A DNA stretch of 63,886 nucleotides, the filler included, from Coriobacteriales bacterium (GTDB lineage Bacteria > Actinomycetota > Coriobacteriia > Coriobacteriales > UBA8131): NCBI GenBank assembly GCA_031263105.1. It is 6 parts of 6 records of this genome, joined end to end, with 100 filler letters (N's around TTAATTAATTAA, not from the genome) between each part and the next. Parts side by side here need not be neighbours in the genome. Positions count along the whole stretch, not along the records: positions 10,134 to 19,864 come from JAISGJ010000083.1; positions 19,965 to 29,393 come from JAISGJ010000111.1; positions 29,494 to 48,449 come from JAISGJ010000163.1; 3 more parts are not named here. One strand, 5' to 3'. Shown here one piece after another: positions 18,603-29,718 of this stretch (position 1 is its first letter; every line of letters starts with the position of its first letter). The notes under the pieces were generated by a model, which had not been told where the DNA came from, made no database searches, and saw only the letters and a program-made list of their open reading frames with translations. Both the position numbers and the translations under genes were made by a program.

Positions 18603-19020
18603 AATCGCCTCCTAGGTATCGATGGATGAGGTTGACGCTGGCCTCGGTTCCGAAGAACAGCTTGCGCCCGACAAGGGGCCTTGCCCCGTATTTGGCAATG
18701 TAGTAGTTGTAGATGAGGGTCTTCGGCTCGAATGCCACGAACCCCTCAAAGCCGTTGACAACTGAATCCCAAGCGACATAGGCCAACATCTGCCCGGCGA
18801 CCTCAGTTCCGCGATACTCCGGTATCACCTCGAGCAGATGGAGGTAGTTGTACAAATCCTCCGGGACGTGCTCGTACTCGGCTAAGGCGACAGAGCGGCC
18901 ATCAATAACATTGGAAACCGTGATGGTGTTCGGGCTGTCGGGCATGTCCCATTTGAACTCGAATCCAGCAGCATCCCTCAAAGATGCCCTGTCCTCAATC
19001 TGTTTGAAAGTCAGTGCCAC
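18574..19020 (-). CDS. GNAT-fold acetyltransferase-like protein
   Basis: YLHLLEVIPEYRGTEVAGQML...GFEGFVAFEPKT...YY.AKYGA. Confidence 0.7.
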   Translation of the reverse strand: MALTFKQIEDRASLRDAAGFEFKWDMPDSPNTITVSNVIDGRSVALAEYEHVPEDLYNYLHLLEVIPEYRGTEVAGQMLAYVAWDSVVNGFEGFVAFEPKTLIYNYYIAKYGARPLVGRKLFFGTEASVNLIHRYLGGDYVKDIETYL

Positions 19021-19259
19021 TATCCTTCTCTTTCCTAGAAAAAACCTTTGTTTTCATTATAGAAGACAGCGTCTCAAACTGGCCATTTCGTATGTGAATC
19101 GTAGCAAATCCCATCTTGCCTGGACAACCTCATGGATGCCCTGCCCTGGCTTGCCAGATGCACCAACCGTCAGCTTGTTGATTGATTCCGCTCTGCCGAT
19201 TACGAGGACGCCATAATGTGGGACAGACGAGTTCGGCCATAGAGCGAAAGAGATTTGCC

Positions 19260-19400
19260 GTGAGATACACGTATCCCGAGATCAGGTCGCGGATAGCCCC
19301 TGTTGCAGAGAAGTACGGCATCCCCGCAGTCTACCTCTTCGGCTCCTACGCCCGCGACGAGGCGAACGACGACAGCGACATCGACATCATCTATGAGCGT
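19260..19400 (+). pseudogene. Truncated minimal nucleotidyltransferase (MNT antitoxin-like)
   Basis: VYLFGSYARDEANDDSDIDI, then similarity is lost; no HEPN partner. Confidence 0.75.
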
Positions 19401-19465
19401 CGGCGACCGACAGCAAGGGCGCCCCAGCCCTTGCCGCATTTTGTATGCAATGGTTGTCCTCTTGT

Positions 19466-19660
19466 CTAAACGTATATGTCGCCGTTGGTGCCTGCCTGCT
19501 TCGTGAGGGCGGCGATGCCCTCCACGAGTCCGATGATCGCCGGTATGAAGGTCCAGCAGAACAGGATGCAGACGATCCCCAGCCCGGTCTTCCCCGCCAT
19601 GAACTTATGCGCGCCGATGCCGCCAAGGAAGATGGCCAGCAGGCCGTATGTCAGCTTGTT
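19466..19660 (-). pseudogene. Second TM2-domain sequence lacking a canonical start
   Basis: Hand translation NKLTYGLLAIFLGGIGAHKFMAGKTGLGIVCILFCWTFIPAIIGLVEGI...IYV*; in-frame stop 14 codons upstream, no ATG/GTG/TTG in between. Confidence 0.7.
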
Positions 19661-19964
19661 GGCTGAGGCGACGCGAGAACTGGTAATTTCGTTCCCTATT
19701 ACTTATTATAGCTTTTGTGAAAAGGTGCCTTGTCGCTGGATTGCTCTAGGGAAGCGCCGATTTATTCATTGTGCACCATCTCACGCCTGATCTGCCCCAG
19801 CTCTGCCCGTGAACGCAACGCCATTACCGCAAGTAGTGGCGTTGCGCCCCCGAACAGACCTGGGNNNNNNNNNNNNNNNNNNNNNNNNNNNNNNNNNNNN
19901 NNNNNNNNTTAATTAATTAANNNNNNNNNNNNNNNNNNNNNNNNNNNNNNNNNNNNNNNNNNNN

Positions 19965-20160
19965 TATGAACGATGCCTCAGATGCGATGTGTCGCACAGG
20001 TGAGCCTGTGCTTGCCTGCGATGTCGAGGCCAAGCTCCGTCGTATGTCGGCTTCCGCCATCGACCGCCTTCTTGCCTGTGAGAGGAAGGAGCTGTGCCTT
20101 AAAGGGCGGGCCACCACCAAGCCCGGTAGCCTGTTGAAATCCAATGTCCCCATCCGATCC
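19965..20160 (+). pseudogene. Integrase-core transposase fragment
   Basis: KLRRMSASAIDRLL...TTKPGSLLKSNVPIR, breaking off before the DDE core. Confidence 0.65.
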
Positions 20161-20359
20161 TTTATAATCATGCAATCAGACCTCAGGGAAGAAGGGAGGG
20201 AAGGCATACCCTTTAAGTACCTTTATTTCTGAGGTAACGAATGGTGTTTGGAGTACTTTTTATTTTGAGGCAATACGGTGGGTAAAGGAGAAAAAGGCGG
20301 TGCCAGATGTGCCGAGGGGTGTATACTGTGAACGAAAAGGAACTACAGGAGGTGCAGAG

Positions 20360-20563
20360 ATGTCGCCAATCACATTCGAGGCCGAGGCCACGGGCGGGAC
20401 GATAACCATACCGCCGCAATACGCCGGACAGGTCGAATCCAGGGTGCGGGTCATGCTGTTCCCCGTGCCTGCACCGCCCGTCAGGAAGAGCGACCGCATC
20501 CCCTTCTACGGGTTCGACACAAGCGGCTACGCCTTCGACAGGGACGAAGCCAATGCGCGGTAA
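20360..20563 (+). CDS. Putative antitoxin of the PIN toxin
   Basis: AGGAGG RBS, upstream TATACT (20322-20327), C-terminal FDRDEANAR, overlap with the PIN gene. Confidence 0.75.
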   Translation: MSPITFEAEATGGTITIPPQYAGQVESRVRVMLFPVPAPPVRKSDRIPFYGFDTSGYAFDRDEANAR

Positions 20564-20978
20564 GGCGTTCATCGACACCAACGTGCTTGTCTACCTCCAG
20601 TCCGCCACCGATGCCGGGAAACGGGATGTGTCGAGAAGGGCTATCGACGCACTTGACTGCGTGTGCAGCACGCAGGTCCTCAGCGAGTTGGCGAACGTGC
20701 TGGTCAGAAAGGCGAAGATTCCCCACGACCGAGTGGGGGAGATAATCGACGGCACGGTGCAGGCCTGCGACCTTGCGGTGGTGACCCACGCCACCGTGCA
20801 GAACGCCCTGAGGATAGCGAAGGAGAACGTCCTCGGCGTCTACGACAGCCTCATCGTCGCGTCTGCGCTCGAATCCGGCTGCGAGTACTTGGTGAGCGAG
20901 GACCTGACTGACGGCCAGAGAATCGAGGGCAAGCTGACCATAGTGAACGTCTACGCCCACCCAGAGTTTTTTGATTAG
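20553..20978 (+). CDS. vapC: PIN-domain (VapC-like) toxin
   Basis: FIDTNVLVY, STQVLSE, YDSLIVASA, SEDL. Confidence 0.88.
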   Translation: MRGKAFIDTNVLVYLQSATDAGKRDVSRRAIDALDCVCSTQVLSELANVLVRKAKIPHDRVGEIIDGTVQACDLAVVTHATVQNALRIAKENVLGVYDSLIVASALESGCEYLVSEDLTDGQRIEGKLTIVNVYAHPEFFD

Positions 20979-21577
20979 GGAAGCGCCAACTTGCGGCTGC
21001 CGGGGGCGGAGAGGGCGATGCCCTGTTGACAGAGGACGCAGTCTTCGGGAGCCCATGAGGGGACCTCGAGGCGCAGGAGGGGGTAGTAGGGCACGGGGAA
21101 GGCGGGGGCGGAGCCTCGGTCGATGAGGGTGAGGACGGCTGCGGGCTCCCCTCCCTGGGCGGCCACGAGGCGGCAGACCTCCTGCACCGAGCCGCCGGTG
21201 GTCACGACGTCCTCCGCCACGAGCACGCGGGCACCGGGCGGCACCTCGAAGGAGCGGCGGAACGCCATCTCGCCGTCTGTGCGCTCGCTGAACACGAAGG
21301 GGACGTCGAGGGCGGCCGCGACGGCGAAGCCGAAGAGGATGCCGCCGATCGCCGGGGAGGCGACGAGGTCTATGGCGAGGCCCTTGGGGAGACGGGCGGC
21401 CGCCTCTGCGGCAAGGCGGTTGGTGAGCCGGGGGTGCTCGAGCACGCGGGCGCACTGGACGTAGGTGTCGGAGTGACGGCCGCTCGTCAGACGGAAGTGC
21501 CCTTGCCGTATCGCCTCGGTGCCCTTCAGTGCCTGAAGCACGTCCTCGTCGGTCATGCGCTCAAAGGCCTCGCTCAT
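20975..21577 (-). CDS. pyrE: Orotate phosphoribosyltransferase
   Basis: GHFRLTSGRHS, VAEDVVTTGGS. Confidence 0.95.
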   Translation of the reverse strand: MSEAFERMTDEDVLQALKGTEAIRQGHFRLTSGRHSDTYVQCARVLEHPRLTNRLAAEAAARLPKGLAIDLVASPAIGGILFGFAVAAALDVPFVFSERTDGEMAFRRSFEVPPGARVLVAEDVVTTGGSVQEVCRLVAAQGGEPAAVLTLIDRGSAPAFPVPYYPLLRLEVPSWAPEDCVLCQQGIALSAPGSRKLALP

Positions 21578-21698
21578 CCTGGTCTCCTGTCTCTCGTCCC
21601 GGCAAAGCTGCCGGTCGTCTCTGTTGGTGCCCTGCTTCGCGTGCCCTGTATGAGGCGATGCCGCGCCTGCTTGACAGGCTGCCCGTCGGCCTCGATGG

Positions 21699-22574
21699 TC
21701 AATGCCCTGCGTGCAGCGATGCCGCTATCGCCTCGAAGGCGGCGGCAGGGTCTGTGGCGGCGGTTATCGGACGGCCGATGACGAGGTGGCTCGCACCGGC
21801 CCTGAGCGCCTCGGCGGGGGTCGCGGTGCGGGACTGGTCGTCGAGGGCGGAGCCTGCGGGGCGGACGCCGGGCGTGACGATGGCGGCAGCGGGGCCGAGG
21901 AGCGTGCGGAGTGCCTGCGCCTCCTGCGGCGAGGAGACGACGCCGTCGAGGCCTGCCTGTCGCGCGAGCAGGGCAAGGGCGAGGGCCTGCTCGTCCAAGG
22001 GGCGCGCCACGCCTGTCTGGGCGAGGGATGCGGCATCCATCGAGGTGAGCACCGTTATGGCGACGACCAGGGGGCGGGTGCCCTCGCCGTCCTCACAAGC
22101 GAAACGCGCCCCTTCCGCAGCCGCCTGCATCATGGCAAGGCCGCCTGCGGCGTGGACGGTGAGCAGGTCGGCGCCGGCGCGCACGACCGAGGCTGCGGCC
22201 CCGCGCACCTGATGCGGTATGTCGTGCAGCTTCAGGTCGACGAAGACCTTGAAGCCCTGCTCCTTGAATTCGCGGACAATGGCGGGGCCGGCCTCGTAGT
22301 AGAGCGTCATGCCGACCTTGAGCCAGTGCGCCCTGCCCGCCAGCTGGTGCGCGAACAGGCGGGCCTCGTCGGGCGGACAGTCCAAGGCGACGATGATGCG
22401 CTGTGCGGCATCAGGCCCCCAGAAGGCGCTGGTCGCCGCCGCTCCGGCCGCCGCCGCTGTCCCGGTCGTCGCCACCGCTCCGACCGTCGGCCCTCCGATC
22501 GCCGCCGCCTCGCCCGCCGCCGCTGTTGCCGCCGCCCCTCCTGCCGCCGCCCCCGCCGCCCTGCCCTCGCTCAC
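21699..22574 (-). CDS. pyrF: Orotidine-5'-phosphate decarboxylase
   Basis: IIVALD, FVDLKLHDIP, VTPGVRP, VIGRPI; Ala-rich N-terminal extension. Confidence 0.95.
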   Translation of the reverse strand: MSEGRAAGAAAGGAAATAAAGEAAAIGGPTVGAVATTGTAAAAGAAATSAFWGPDAAQRIIVALDCPPDEARLFAHQLAGRAHWLKVGMTLYYEAGPAIVREFKEQGFKVFVDLKLHDIPHQVRGAAASVVRAGADLLTVHAAGGLAMMQAAAEGARFACEDGEGTRPLVVAITVLTSMDAASLAQTGVARPLDEQALALALLARQAGLDGVVSSPQEAQALRTLLGPAAAIVTPGVRPAGSALDDQSRTATPAEALRAGASHLVIGRPITAATDPAAAFEAIAASLHAGH

Positions 22575-23566
22575 CTGAGTCCTCCTATCAGCTCATGCAC
22601 ATCCGCCACGCCCTGCTCCTCGCACCATGCCTCCAAGCCTTCGAGCAGGTGCGGCAGCGCAAGGGGGTCGTGGAAGTTCCAGGTGCCGACCGCGACGGCT
22701 GTAGCGCCTGCGAGCAGGAACTCCACGACGTCCTCCACGGTCGCGACGCCGCCCATCCCCAGCAGCGGGAGCCCCACCGCACGGGAGACCCTGTGCACCG
22801 CGTACAGCGCCACCGGTTTGACGGCGGGGCCGGAGAGGCCCGCGACCACGCGGTCGAACACCGGCCTGCGCGCGCGCGCGTCTATCGCCATGCCCGCCAC
22901 CGTGTTGATGAGGGAGAGCGCGTCCGCGCCCCCCGCCTCACAGGCGCGCGCTATCTCGGTGACGTCGGTCACGTTCGGGGTGAGCTTGACGACGAGCGGG
23001 CGGGCGGTGGCCTCGCGGCAGGCGCGGGTGACGCGCTCGGCGGCGGCGGGTGACGTGCCGAAGGCCATGCCGCCGCAATCCACGTTGGGGCAGGAGATGT
23101 TCAGCTCGTAGGCGCTGACGGCCTTCTCCCGCTCAAGGCGTTCGACGACCGCGCAGTACTCCTCGACGCTGTGACCGGAGACGTTGACGATGACGGGCAC
23201 GTCCTGGGCCGCAAGCCAGGCGAGGTCGCCGGAGCAGAAGGCCTCGACCCCGGGGTTCTGCAGGCCGATGGAGTTGAGGATGCCGCTTGCGGACTCGGCG
23301 ATGCGGACGCCGACGTTGCCCTCCCAGGGCCTCGCGGAGACGCCCTTGGTGGTGAGGGCCCCGAGAAGGGAGAGGGGCGGGGCGGGAGAGCCCCCGCCGA
23401 GCGTCCCCTGCCAGAGCGCGGCGTACTCCCTGCCGGAGGCGAAGGTACCCGAGGCGACCGTGAGGGGGTTCTTCATCGCCAGGCCGCCGAGGTCGACGGC
23501 AAGGCGCAGCCCGTCCGCTGGAGCAGCAGTCGAGGCAATCGCCGGAGCGTTCGTCACATCGCTCAC
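22571..23566 (-). CDS. pyrD: Dihydroorotate dehydrogenase 1B catalytic subunit
   Basis: NSIGLQNPG, ELNISCPN, KLTPN, LINT, GLSGPAVKP; GTG 23566 coupled to pyrK. Confidence 0.93.
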   Translation of the reverse strand: MSDVTNAPAIASTAAPADGLRLAVDLGGLAMKNPLTVASGTFASGREYAALWQGTLGGGSPAPPLSLLGALTTKGVSARPWEGNVGVRIAESASGILNSIGLQNPGVEAFCSGDLAWLAAQDVPVIVNVSGHSVEEYCAVVERLEREKAVSAYELNISCPNVDCGGMAFGTSPAAAERVTRACREATARPLVVKLTPNVTDVTEIARACEAGGADALSLINTVAGMAIDARARRPVFDRVVAGLSGPAVKPVALYAVHRVSRAVGLPLLGMGGVATVEDVVEFLLAGATAVAVGTWNFHDPLALPHLLEGLEAWCEEQGVADVHELIGGLR

Positions 23567-24501
23567 CACAGCACCTCCCTCGCATCGAACACCGGGCCGT
23601 CGGCGCAGGCGCGGCGCAGGCCTGTGCGCGTGGGGACCGCGCAGGAGAGGCAGGCGCCGATGCCGCAGGCCATGCGCCGCTCCAGCGAGACTTCGCAGGG
23701 CACGCCTGCCGCAAGGGCCAGCTCGGCGACGATGCGCAGCATCGGCTCCGGCCCGCAGGTCGCCACATAGTCGAAGGCCTCCTGTTGCAGCAGCTCGCGC
23801 GTCACGTCGGTCGTGAGGCCCTTGCAGCCTGCACTGCCGTCGTCGGTGACCGTGACGGTTCCGAGGCGGCCTGCGCCCACGCCGACGGGCACCGCAAGGG
23901 GCACGAGGCAGTCCGCGCTGCGGGCCCCGACAACGAGATGGACGCCCCCTTCTTCCAAGAGCCGCGCCACGAGCATGTTCAGCGGGGCCATGCCGACGCC
24001 GCCCGCCACCACAAGGGCCTTGCGCGTGCCCGGAGGCACCTGCCAGCCCCGCCCGAGCGGGGCGACGAGGTCGAGCGCCGTGCCGGGCCGCACGCCCGCG
24101 AGGAAGCGCGTGCCTGCGCCGACGGTCTGGTAGACGACCTCGACGAAGCCGTTGGAGGCATCCGTCCTGTACACGCTGAAGGGACGTCGCAGCAGACGGG
24201 ATTCGGAACCCGGAAGCGGGAGGTGGACGAACTGCCCCGGCTCCAGGCAGCCCGCCGTGCGCGGCGCGCCGAGCACGAGGCGGAAGATGCCGGAGGCGAA
24301 GGCGCCGTTCTCCTCCACAACGGCCTGCTCGAGGAAGGATGCGGCGGCGGCAGGTCGCGCACCGCCAGCGGGACACGCACCGCCAGCGGGAGGCGCAGGG
24401 CAGGGCGGAAGCCCCGCCGTGCCCTCTCCCCCGTCCGCAGCGCCCACGGCGTCCGCAGCGCCCACGGCGCCCGCAGCGCCCAAGCCCGTACTCCTCATCA
24501 T
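23563..24501 (-). CDS. pyrK: Dihydroorotate dehydrogenase electron-transfer subunit
   Basis: [42 protein letters not shown]. Confidence 0.93.
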   Translation of the reverse strand: MMRSTGLGAAGAVGAADAVGAADGGEGTAGLPPCPAPPAGGACPAGGARPAAAASFLEQAVVEENGAFASGIFRLVLGAPRTAGCLEPGQFVHLPLPGSESRLLRRPFSVYRTDASNGFVEVVYQTVGAGTRFLAGVRPGTALDLVAPLGRGWQVPPGTRKALVVAGGVGMAPLNMLVARLLEEGGVHLVVGARSADCLVPLAVPVGVGAGRLGTVTVTDDGSAGCKGLTTDVTRELLQQEAFDYVATCGPEPMLRIVAELALAAGVPCEVSLERRMACGIGACLSCAVPTRTGLRRACADGPVFDAREVLW

Positions 24502-27500
24502 GCCTCCCATTGTTCGAGGTCCTGCAGGGCCACGGGGTCGAGCTCCCCCGTGCCGGCGGCATCGCGCTGCGCGACCTCGATGGCGCGTATCATGGCGCTC
24601 GCCCCCGCGAGGGTCGTCGCGTAGCAGATGCCGTGACGCACGGCGGCGGTGCGCAGGTGGAAGCCGTCGGAGCGCGTCTGTTGCCCGAACGGCGTGTTGA
24701 CCATGAGGGCGACCATGCCGTTGGCGATCTCGTCGGCGATGTTCGGGCGCTGCTCCTGCACCTTGCGCACGCGGCGCACGGGTATGCCGGCGGCCTCGAG
24801 CGCACGTGCGGTTCCTGCGGTCGAGAGCAGCTCGAAGCCGAGATGGTGCAGGGAGTTCGCCAGCGATATGACCTGACGCTTGTCCCGGTCGCAGACGCTG
24901 ATGAAGGCCGCCCCCTCGGTGGGCAGCGAGTAGTCGATGGCAAGCGCCGCCTTCGCGTAGGCGGTGGGGTAGCTGCGGCCGATGCCCATGACCTCGCCGG
25001 TCGACTTCATCTCAGGGCCCAGGACGATGTCTGCGCCGGGGAAGCGCCCGAAGGGCATGACGGCCTCCTTGACGCTGAAGTGGTCGAGCTCGCGCGCATC
25101 GGACGGCAGCCCGAGCGAGGCGAGGGTCGCGCCCGCCATGATGCGGGCGGCGCACTTCGCGAGCGGGACGCCCGTCGCCTTCGAGGTGAAGGGGACCGTC
25201 CTGCTCGCGCGCGGGTTGACCTCTATGACGTGGACGGCCGTGTCCTTGACGGCGAACTGGATGTTCACGAGCCCGCGCACGCCGACGGCCAGCGCGAGCC
25301 GCACCGTGTGGTCCCTGATCGTGGCGATGATGCTCTCGGAAAGCGAGAAGGGCGGGGTGCAGCAGCTCGAGTCGCCGCTGTGGATGCCGGCCTCCTCGAT
25401 GTGCTCGAGCAGCCCGCCGATGTAGACCTCGGCGCCGTCGCAGAGCGCGTCGACGTCGACCTCGATGGCGCCTTCGAGGAAGCGGTCGAGGTAGACCGGG
25501 TGGTCCGGCGTCACCCTGGCCGCCGCGAGCAGGTGCTTCTCAAGGTAGCGGGTGTTGTAGGCGATGACCATGCCCCGCCCGCCGAGCACGTAGCTCGGAC
25601 GCACGAGCAGGGGGAAGCCCAGCCGCTCGGCGACCTCGCAGGCCTCGTCGAGGGACTCGGCCGTGCCGGCCTCGGGGTAGTCTATCCCCATCCCGTCGAG
25701 CAATGCCGCGAAGCGCTCGCGGTCCTCGGCGAGGTCGATGGCCTCGGGCCTCGTCCCCATGATGCTCACTCCCGCCGCCTCGAGCGCCCGGGCGAGCTTC
25801 AAAGGGGTCTGCCCGCCGAGGGTGACGACGACGCCCTCGGGCCGCTCCGCATCGACGACGTCCATGACGTCCTCGTAGGTGAGCGGCTCGAAGTACAGGC
25901 GGTCGGAGGTGTCGTAGTCCGTCGAGACGGTCTCGGGGTTGCAGTTGACCATGACGGTCTCATAGCCCATCTCGGACAAGGCGTAGGCCGCGTGCACGCA
26001 GCAGTAGTCGAACTCAATCCCCTGCCCGATGCGGTTGGGGCCGGCGCCGAGGATCATCGCGCGCGGCTTGACGGCGGGGCGCACCTCGTCCGTCTCCTCG
26101 TAGGTCTTGTAGCAGTAGCCCGTCTGGCTGTCGAACTCCGCAGCGCAGGTGTCGACGGTCTTGAAGGTGGGGAGAACACCGAGCTGTTTGCGGTATGTGC
26201 GCACCTCGAGTTCGGCATCGGCCCCGTCCAGGCCGCACAGATGCGCGACCTGCGCGTCCGAAAGCCCGAAGCGCTTGGCCTCTCGCAGCTCCTCGGCACC
26301 GAGGCCCGCGAGCGCACGGCCCTCAAGCCCCTGTGCGACGGCGACGATGGCCGCTATCCGATGGAGGAACCAGGGGTCGATGCGCGACGCCTCGGCGACC
26401 TCGGCCACGCTCCAGCCCCGGCGCAGCGCCTCGGCGACGTAGAACAGGCGCTGCTCGGTCGGCACGCCCACCATCTGCGTGAAGCGCTGCTCGTCGAAGG
26501 AGCCCTTCCCGTCGAAGCCGAGCCCCGCACGGCCGTTCTCCAGCGAGCGCATGGCCTTTCCGAGCGCCTCCTCGAAGGTGCGCCCGATGGCCATGACCTC
26601 GCCGACGGCCTTCATGCGCGTCGTCAGCGTGGTGTCGGTTCCCTCGAACTTCTCGAAGGCGAAGCGCGGCACCTTCACGACCACGTAGTCGATGGCCGGC
26701 TCGAAGCAGGCCGGCGTCGCCTTCGTGATGTCGTTGGGCATCTCGTCGAGGGTGTAGCCGACCGCCAGCTTGGCCGCGAACTTCGCGATGGGGAACCCCG
26801 TCGCCTTCGACGCGAGCGCCGAGGAGCGCGAGACGCGCGGGTTCATCTCGATGACCACCATGCGCCCCGTCTGCGGCTCCACGGCGAACTGCACGTTGGA
26901 GCCGCCGGTGGCGACCCCTATCTTCTCAAGGATGGCCAGCGAGGCCACGCGCATGCGCTGGTACTCGATGTCCGTGAGCGTCATCGCGGGCGCGACCGTG
27001 ATGCTGTCGCCGGTGTGCACGCCCATCGCGTCCACGTTCTCGATGGAGCAGACGATGATGCCGTTGCCCTTGGCATCGCGCATCACCTCCATCTCGTACT
27101 CCTTCCAGCCGAGCATGCTCTCCTCGACGAGCACCTCGCCGGCCGGGCTGAGGTCGAGGCCCTGCGCGACCGTCTCACGGAGCTCGGCCAAGGTGTAGGC
27201 GACGCCGCCGCCCGCGCCGCCGAGCGTGTAGGAGGGCCTGAGCACGAGCGGGAAGCCCAGCTCGCGCACAAGCTCCTCGGCGTCCTCGACGCTGTAGGCG
27301 TAGCCCCCGTGCGCGGTGTCGAGGCCGATCTCGGCCATCGCCTCGGCAAAGAGCCTGCGGTCCTCGCCGCGCTCGATGGCCGCGAGGTCGCAGCCGATCA
27401 TCTCGACGCCGTGCTCGTCGAGCACGCCCGAGCGCGCGAGGGCGACGGCGCAGTTGAGGCCCGTCTGCCCCCCGAGCGTCGGCAGCAGCGCATCGGGGCG

Positions 27501-27743
27501 CTCCCGCTCGATGATGCGCCGCACGCTGTCGGGCGTGACGGGCTCGACATAGGTGCGCGTCGCCATCTTCGGGTCGGTCATGATGGTCGCAGGGTTGGAG
27601 TTGACGAGGACGACCTCGAAGCCGTCATCCATCAGCACCTTGCAGGCCTGCGCCCCCGAGTAGTCGAACTCGCAGGCCTGCCCTATGACGATGGGGCCCG
27701 ATCCGATGACCAGTATGCGCCTGATGTCGGTGCGTCTCGGCAT
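24498..27743 (-). CDS. carB: Carbamoyl-phosphate synthase large subunit
   Basis: [28 protein letters not shown]; duplicated ATP-grasp halves; MGS domain. Confidence 0.97.
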   Translation of the reverse strand: MPRRTDIRRILVIGSGPIVIGQACEFDYSGAQACKVLMDDGFEVVLVNSNPATIMTDPKMATRTYVEPVTPDSVRRIIERERPDALLPTLGGQTGLNCAVALARSGVLDEHGVEMIGCDLAAIERGEDRRLFAEAMAEIGLDTAHGGYAYSVEDAEELVRELGFPLVLRPSYTLGGAGGGVAYTLAELRETVAQGLDLSPAGEVLVEESMLGWKEYEMEVMRDAKGNGIIVCSIENVDAMGVHTGDSITVAPAMTLTDIEYQRMRVASLAILEKIGVATGGSNVQFAVEPQTGRMVVIEMNPRVSRSSALASKATGFPIAKFAAKLAVGYTLDEMPNDITKATPACFEPAIDYVVVKVPRFAFEKFEGTDTTLTTRMKAVGEVMAIGRTFEEALGKAMRSLENGRAGLGFDGKGSFDEQRFTQMVGVPTEQRLFYVAEALRRGWSVAEVAEASRIDPWFLHRIAAIVAVAQGLEGRALAGLGAEELREAKRFGLSDAQVAHLCGLDGADAELEVRTYRKQLGVLPTFKTVDTCAAEFDSQTGYCYKTYEETDEVRPAVKPRAMILGAGPNRIGQGIEFDYCCVHAAYALSEMGYETVMVNCNPETVSTDYDTSDRLYFEPLTYEDVMDVVDAERPEGVVVTLGGQTPLKLARALEAAGVSIMGTRPEAIDLAEDRERFAALLDGMGIDYPEAGTAESLDEACEVAERLGFPLLVRPSYVLGGRGMVIAYNTRYLEKHLLAAARVTPDHPVYLDRFLEGAIEVDVDALCDGAEVYIGGLLEHIEEAGIHSGDSSCCTPPFSLSESIIATIRDHTVRLALAVGVRGLVNIQFAVKDTAVHVIEVNPRASRTVPFTSKATGVPLAKCAARIMAGATLASLGLPSDARELDHFSVKEAVMPFGRFPGADIVLGPEMKSTGEVMGIGRSYPTAYAKAALAIDYSLPTEGAAFISVCDRDKRQVISLANSLHHLGFELLSTAGTARALEAAGIPVRRVRKVQEQRPNIADEIANGMVALMVNTPFGQQTRSDGFHLRTAAVRHGICYATTLAGASAMIRAIEVAQRDAAGTGELDPVALQDLEQWEA

Positions 27744-27748
27744 CCCCC

Positions 27749-29050
27749 TCACCTCCATTCGGCGAGACGGTCGCCCGCCAGGTCGATGTCGAGGTAGTCC
27801 GCACGCCCGTCCATGAGCCGCATGAAGGCCGTGAACAGGTAGTGCGCGTCCGTGGGGCCCGGACTCGCCTCGGGGTGGTACTGCACGCCGAACACCGGAT
27901 GGTCGAGGAAGGCCAGGCCCTCCGGCGTGCCGTCGTTGAGGTTGACGTGCGTGAGCTGTATGCGGCCGAACTCCGCGTTTCGCACGACGGGGGCGCAGCC
28001 GCGCTCTGCCCAGAGGCGCAGGTCGCCTTCGTGCTCCGCAGCGCCGTCGCTCGCCTCGGGGACGAGCGGCCCAAGCGAGGGGAACACGATGCCGAAGCCG
28101 TGGTTCTGGGCGGTTATCTCCACGCGGCGGGTGCGCAGGTTCATCACCGGATGGTTCGCGCCGCGATGGCCGAACCTGAGCTTCTCGGTCTGCGCCCCCG
28201 CGCCGAGCGCGATGAGCTGGTGCCCGAGGCAGATGCCGAACAGCGGCAGCCTGCCGATGAGCGCGCGCGCCGCCGCCGCCGTCTCCCTGACGGGCTCGGG
28301 GTCGCCGGGGCCGTTGGAGAAGAACACGCCGTCCGGCTCCAGCGCCAGCACGTCTGCGGCGGGCGTGTCCCAAGGGACGACGGTCACGCGGCAGCCCGCC
28401 CGATGCAGGTTGCGGAGTATCCCGCGTTTCATGCCGCAGTCGTAGGCGACGACGTGGCGGCGCGGCGCGGGGGCGGGCTTGAGCAGGAAGGCGTAGGCCG
28501 CATCGTCAGCATCGGCGGCGTACTCAAAGGGCTCGCGCACGCTCACGGTACGGGCGAGGTTGAGCGCGACGAGCGACGATGCGGCCTGCGCCTTCGCAAG
28601 CAGGGAGGACACATCGGTATCGACGGTCGAGACGACGGCGCGCATCGCCCCGTTGTCGCGGACATGGCGCGTGAGCCTGCGGGTGTCGACGCCCTCGATC
28701 GCGACGACGCCCTGCTCGACAAGGAAATCCGGCAGGGGGCATTCGGAGCGGAAGTTCGAGGGCTCACGGCACATGTCGCGCACCACGAGCCCGCGCAAGG
28801 CGGGCGTGTCACGTTGCAGGTCGGCACGGGCCACGCCGTAGTTGCCGATCTGCGGATAGGTCATCGCGAGTATCTGCCCGGCATAGCTCGGGTCGCTTAT
28901 GACCTCGGGGTAGCCGACCATCGAGGTGTTGAAGCACAGCTCGCCCGCAACCTCGCCCGCAGCGCCGCAGCCTGTGCCTGCAAAGGACGTGCCGTCCTCC
29001 AGCACCAGCATCGCCGGCGCAGCTGCCCTTGTCCCGCCCGATCCCGTCAT
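27749..29050 (-). CDS. carA: Carbamoyl-phosphate synthase small subunit
   Basis: LEDGT, DPSYAGQ, SNGPGDP, GICLGHQ, QYHPE; start approximate. Confidence 0.96.
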   Translation of the reverse strand: MTGSGGTRAAAPAMLVLEDGTSFAGTGCGAAGEVAGELCFNTSMVGYPEVISDPSYAGQILAMTYPQIGNYGVARADLQRDTPALRGLVVRDMCREPSNFRSECPLPDFLVEQGVVAIEGVDTRRLTRHVRDNGAMRAVVSTVDTDVSSLLAKAQAASSLVALNLARTVSVREPFEYAADADDAAYAFLLKPAPAPRRHVVAYDCGMKRGILRNLHRAGCRVTVVPWDTPAADVLALEPDGVFFSNGPGDPEPVRETAAAARALIGRLPLFGICLGHQLIALGAGAQTEKLRFGHRGANHPVMNLRTRRVEITAQNHGFGIVFPSLGPLVPEASDGAAEHEGDLRLWAERGCAPVVRNAEFGRIQLTHVNLNDGTPEGLAFLDHPVFGVQYHPEASPGPTDAHYLFTAFMRLMDGRADYLDIDLAGDRLAEWR

Positions 29051-29493
29051 CTTCCCACCGTCGTTCTCCGCATGCCCACTCCTCACCGCACATCATGAAG
29101 CGTACAACAAAATGCCCTCATCGTATCGCACGACAAGGGCATGTTGACACGATTCTGGCAATCCCCGCCCGCAGGTGCGTCGAACCGTTGTATACACTTT
29201 ACCTTGTCGGCCTCACGGTACCGCTCTTAAAGGCTCCGTCCATGATACGCCACTGCGCCCCCGATAACAACCGGCCGCGTCGCCTCACAATAAAAGTACT
29301 CCAACCCCCTTCGTTTCCTCAAAATGAAAAAGTACTTGAAAATCGTCTCATCTAAAAGGGAAGGAATGAGATGATATGCCGCTTACCATGTCANNNNNNN
29401 NNNNNNNNNNNNNNNNNNNNNNNNNNNNNNNNNNNNNTTAATTAATTAANNNNNNNNNNNNNNNNNNNNNNNNNNNNNNNNNNNNNNNNNNNN

Positions 29494-29579
<86 letters not shown>

Positions 29580-29718
29580 ATCCGGGGGGATAGGAGAGTG
29601 CGTACAGAGGAGTGTACGTATGGTTGGGGACGTGTCTACGCCTGCATTCCATGTCTTCATCCAAGGATGGTTTTCCTGATTCGCTTCAGGAAAGAGGATT
29701 GCTAGAAAGGGAGATCGT

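Noticed and set aside
29051..29393. PyrR attenuator or pyrB/pyrC upstream of carA
   Set aside because: No recognisable PyrR-binding loop or coding motifs; the contig ends, so absence says nothing about the genome
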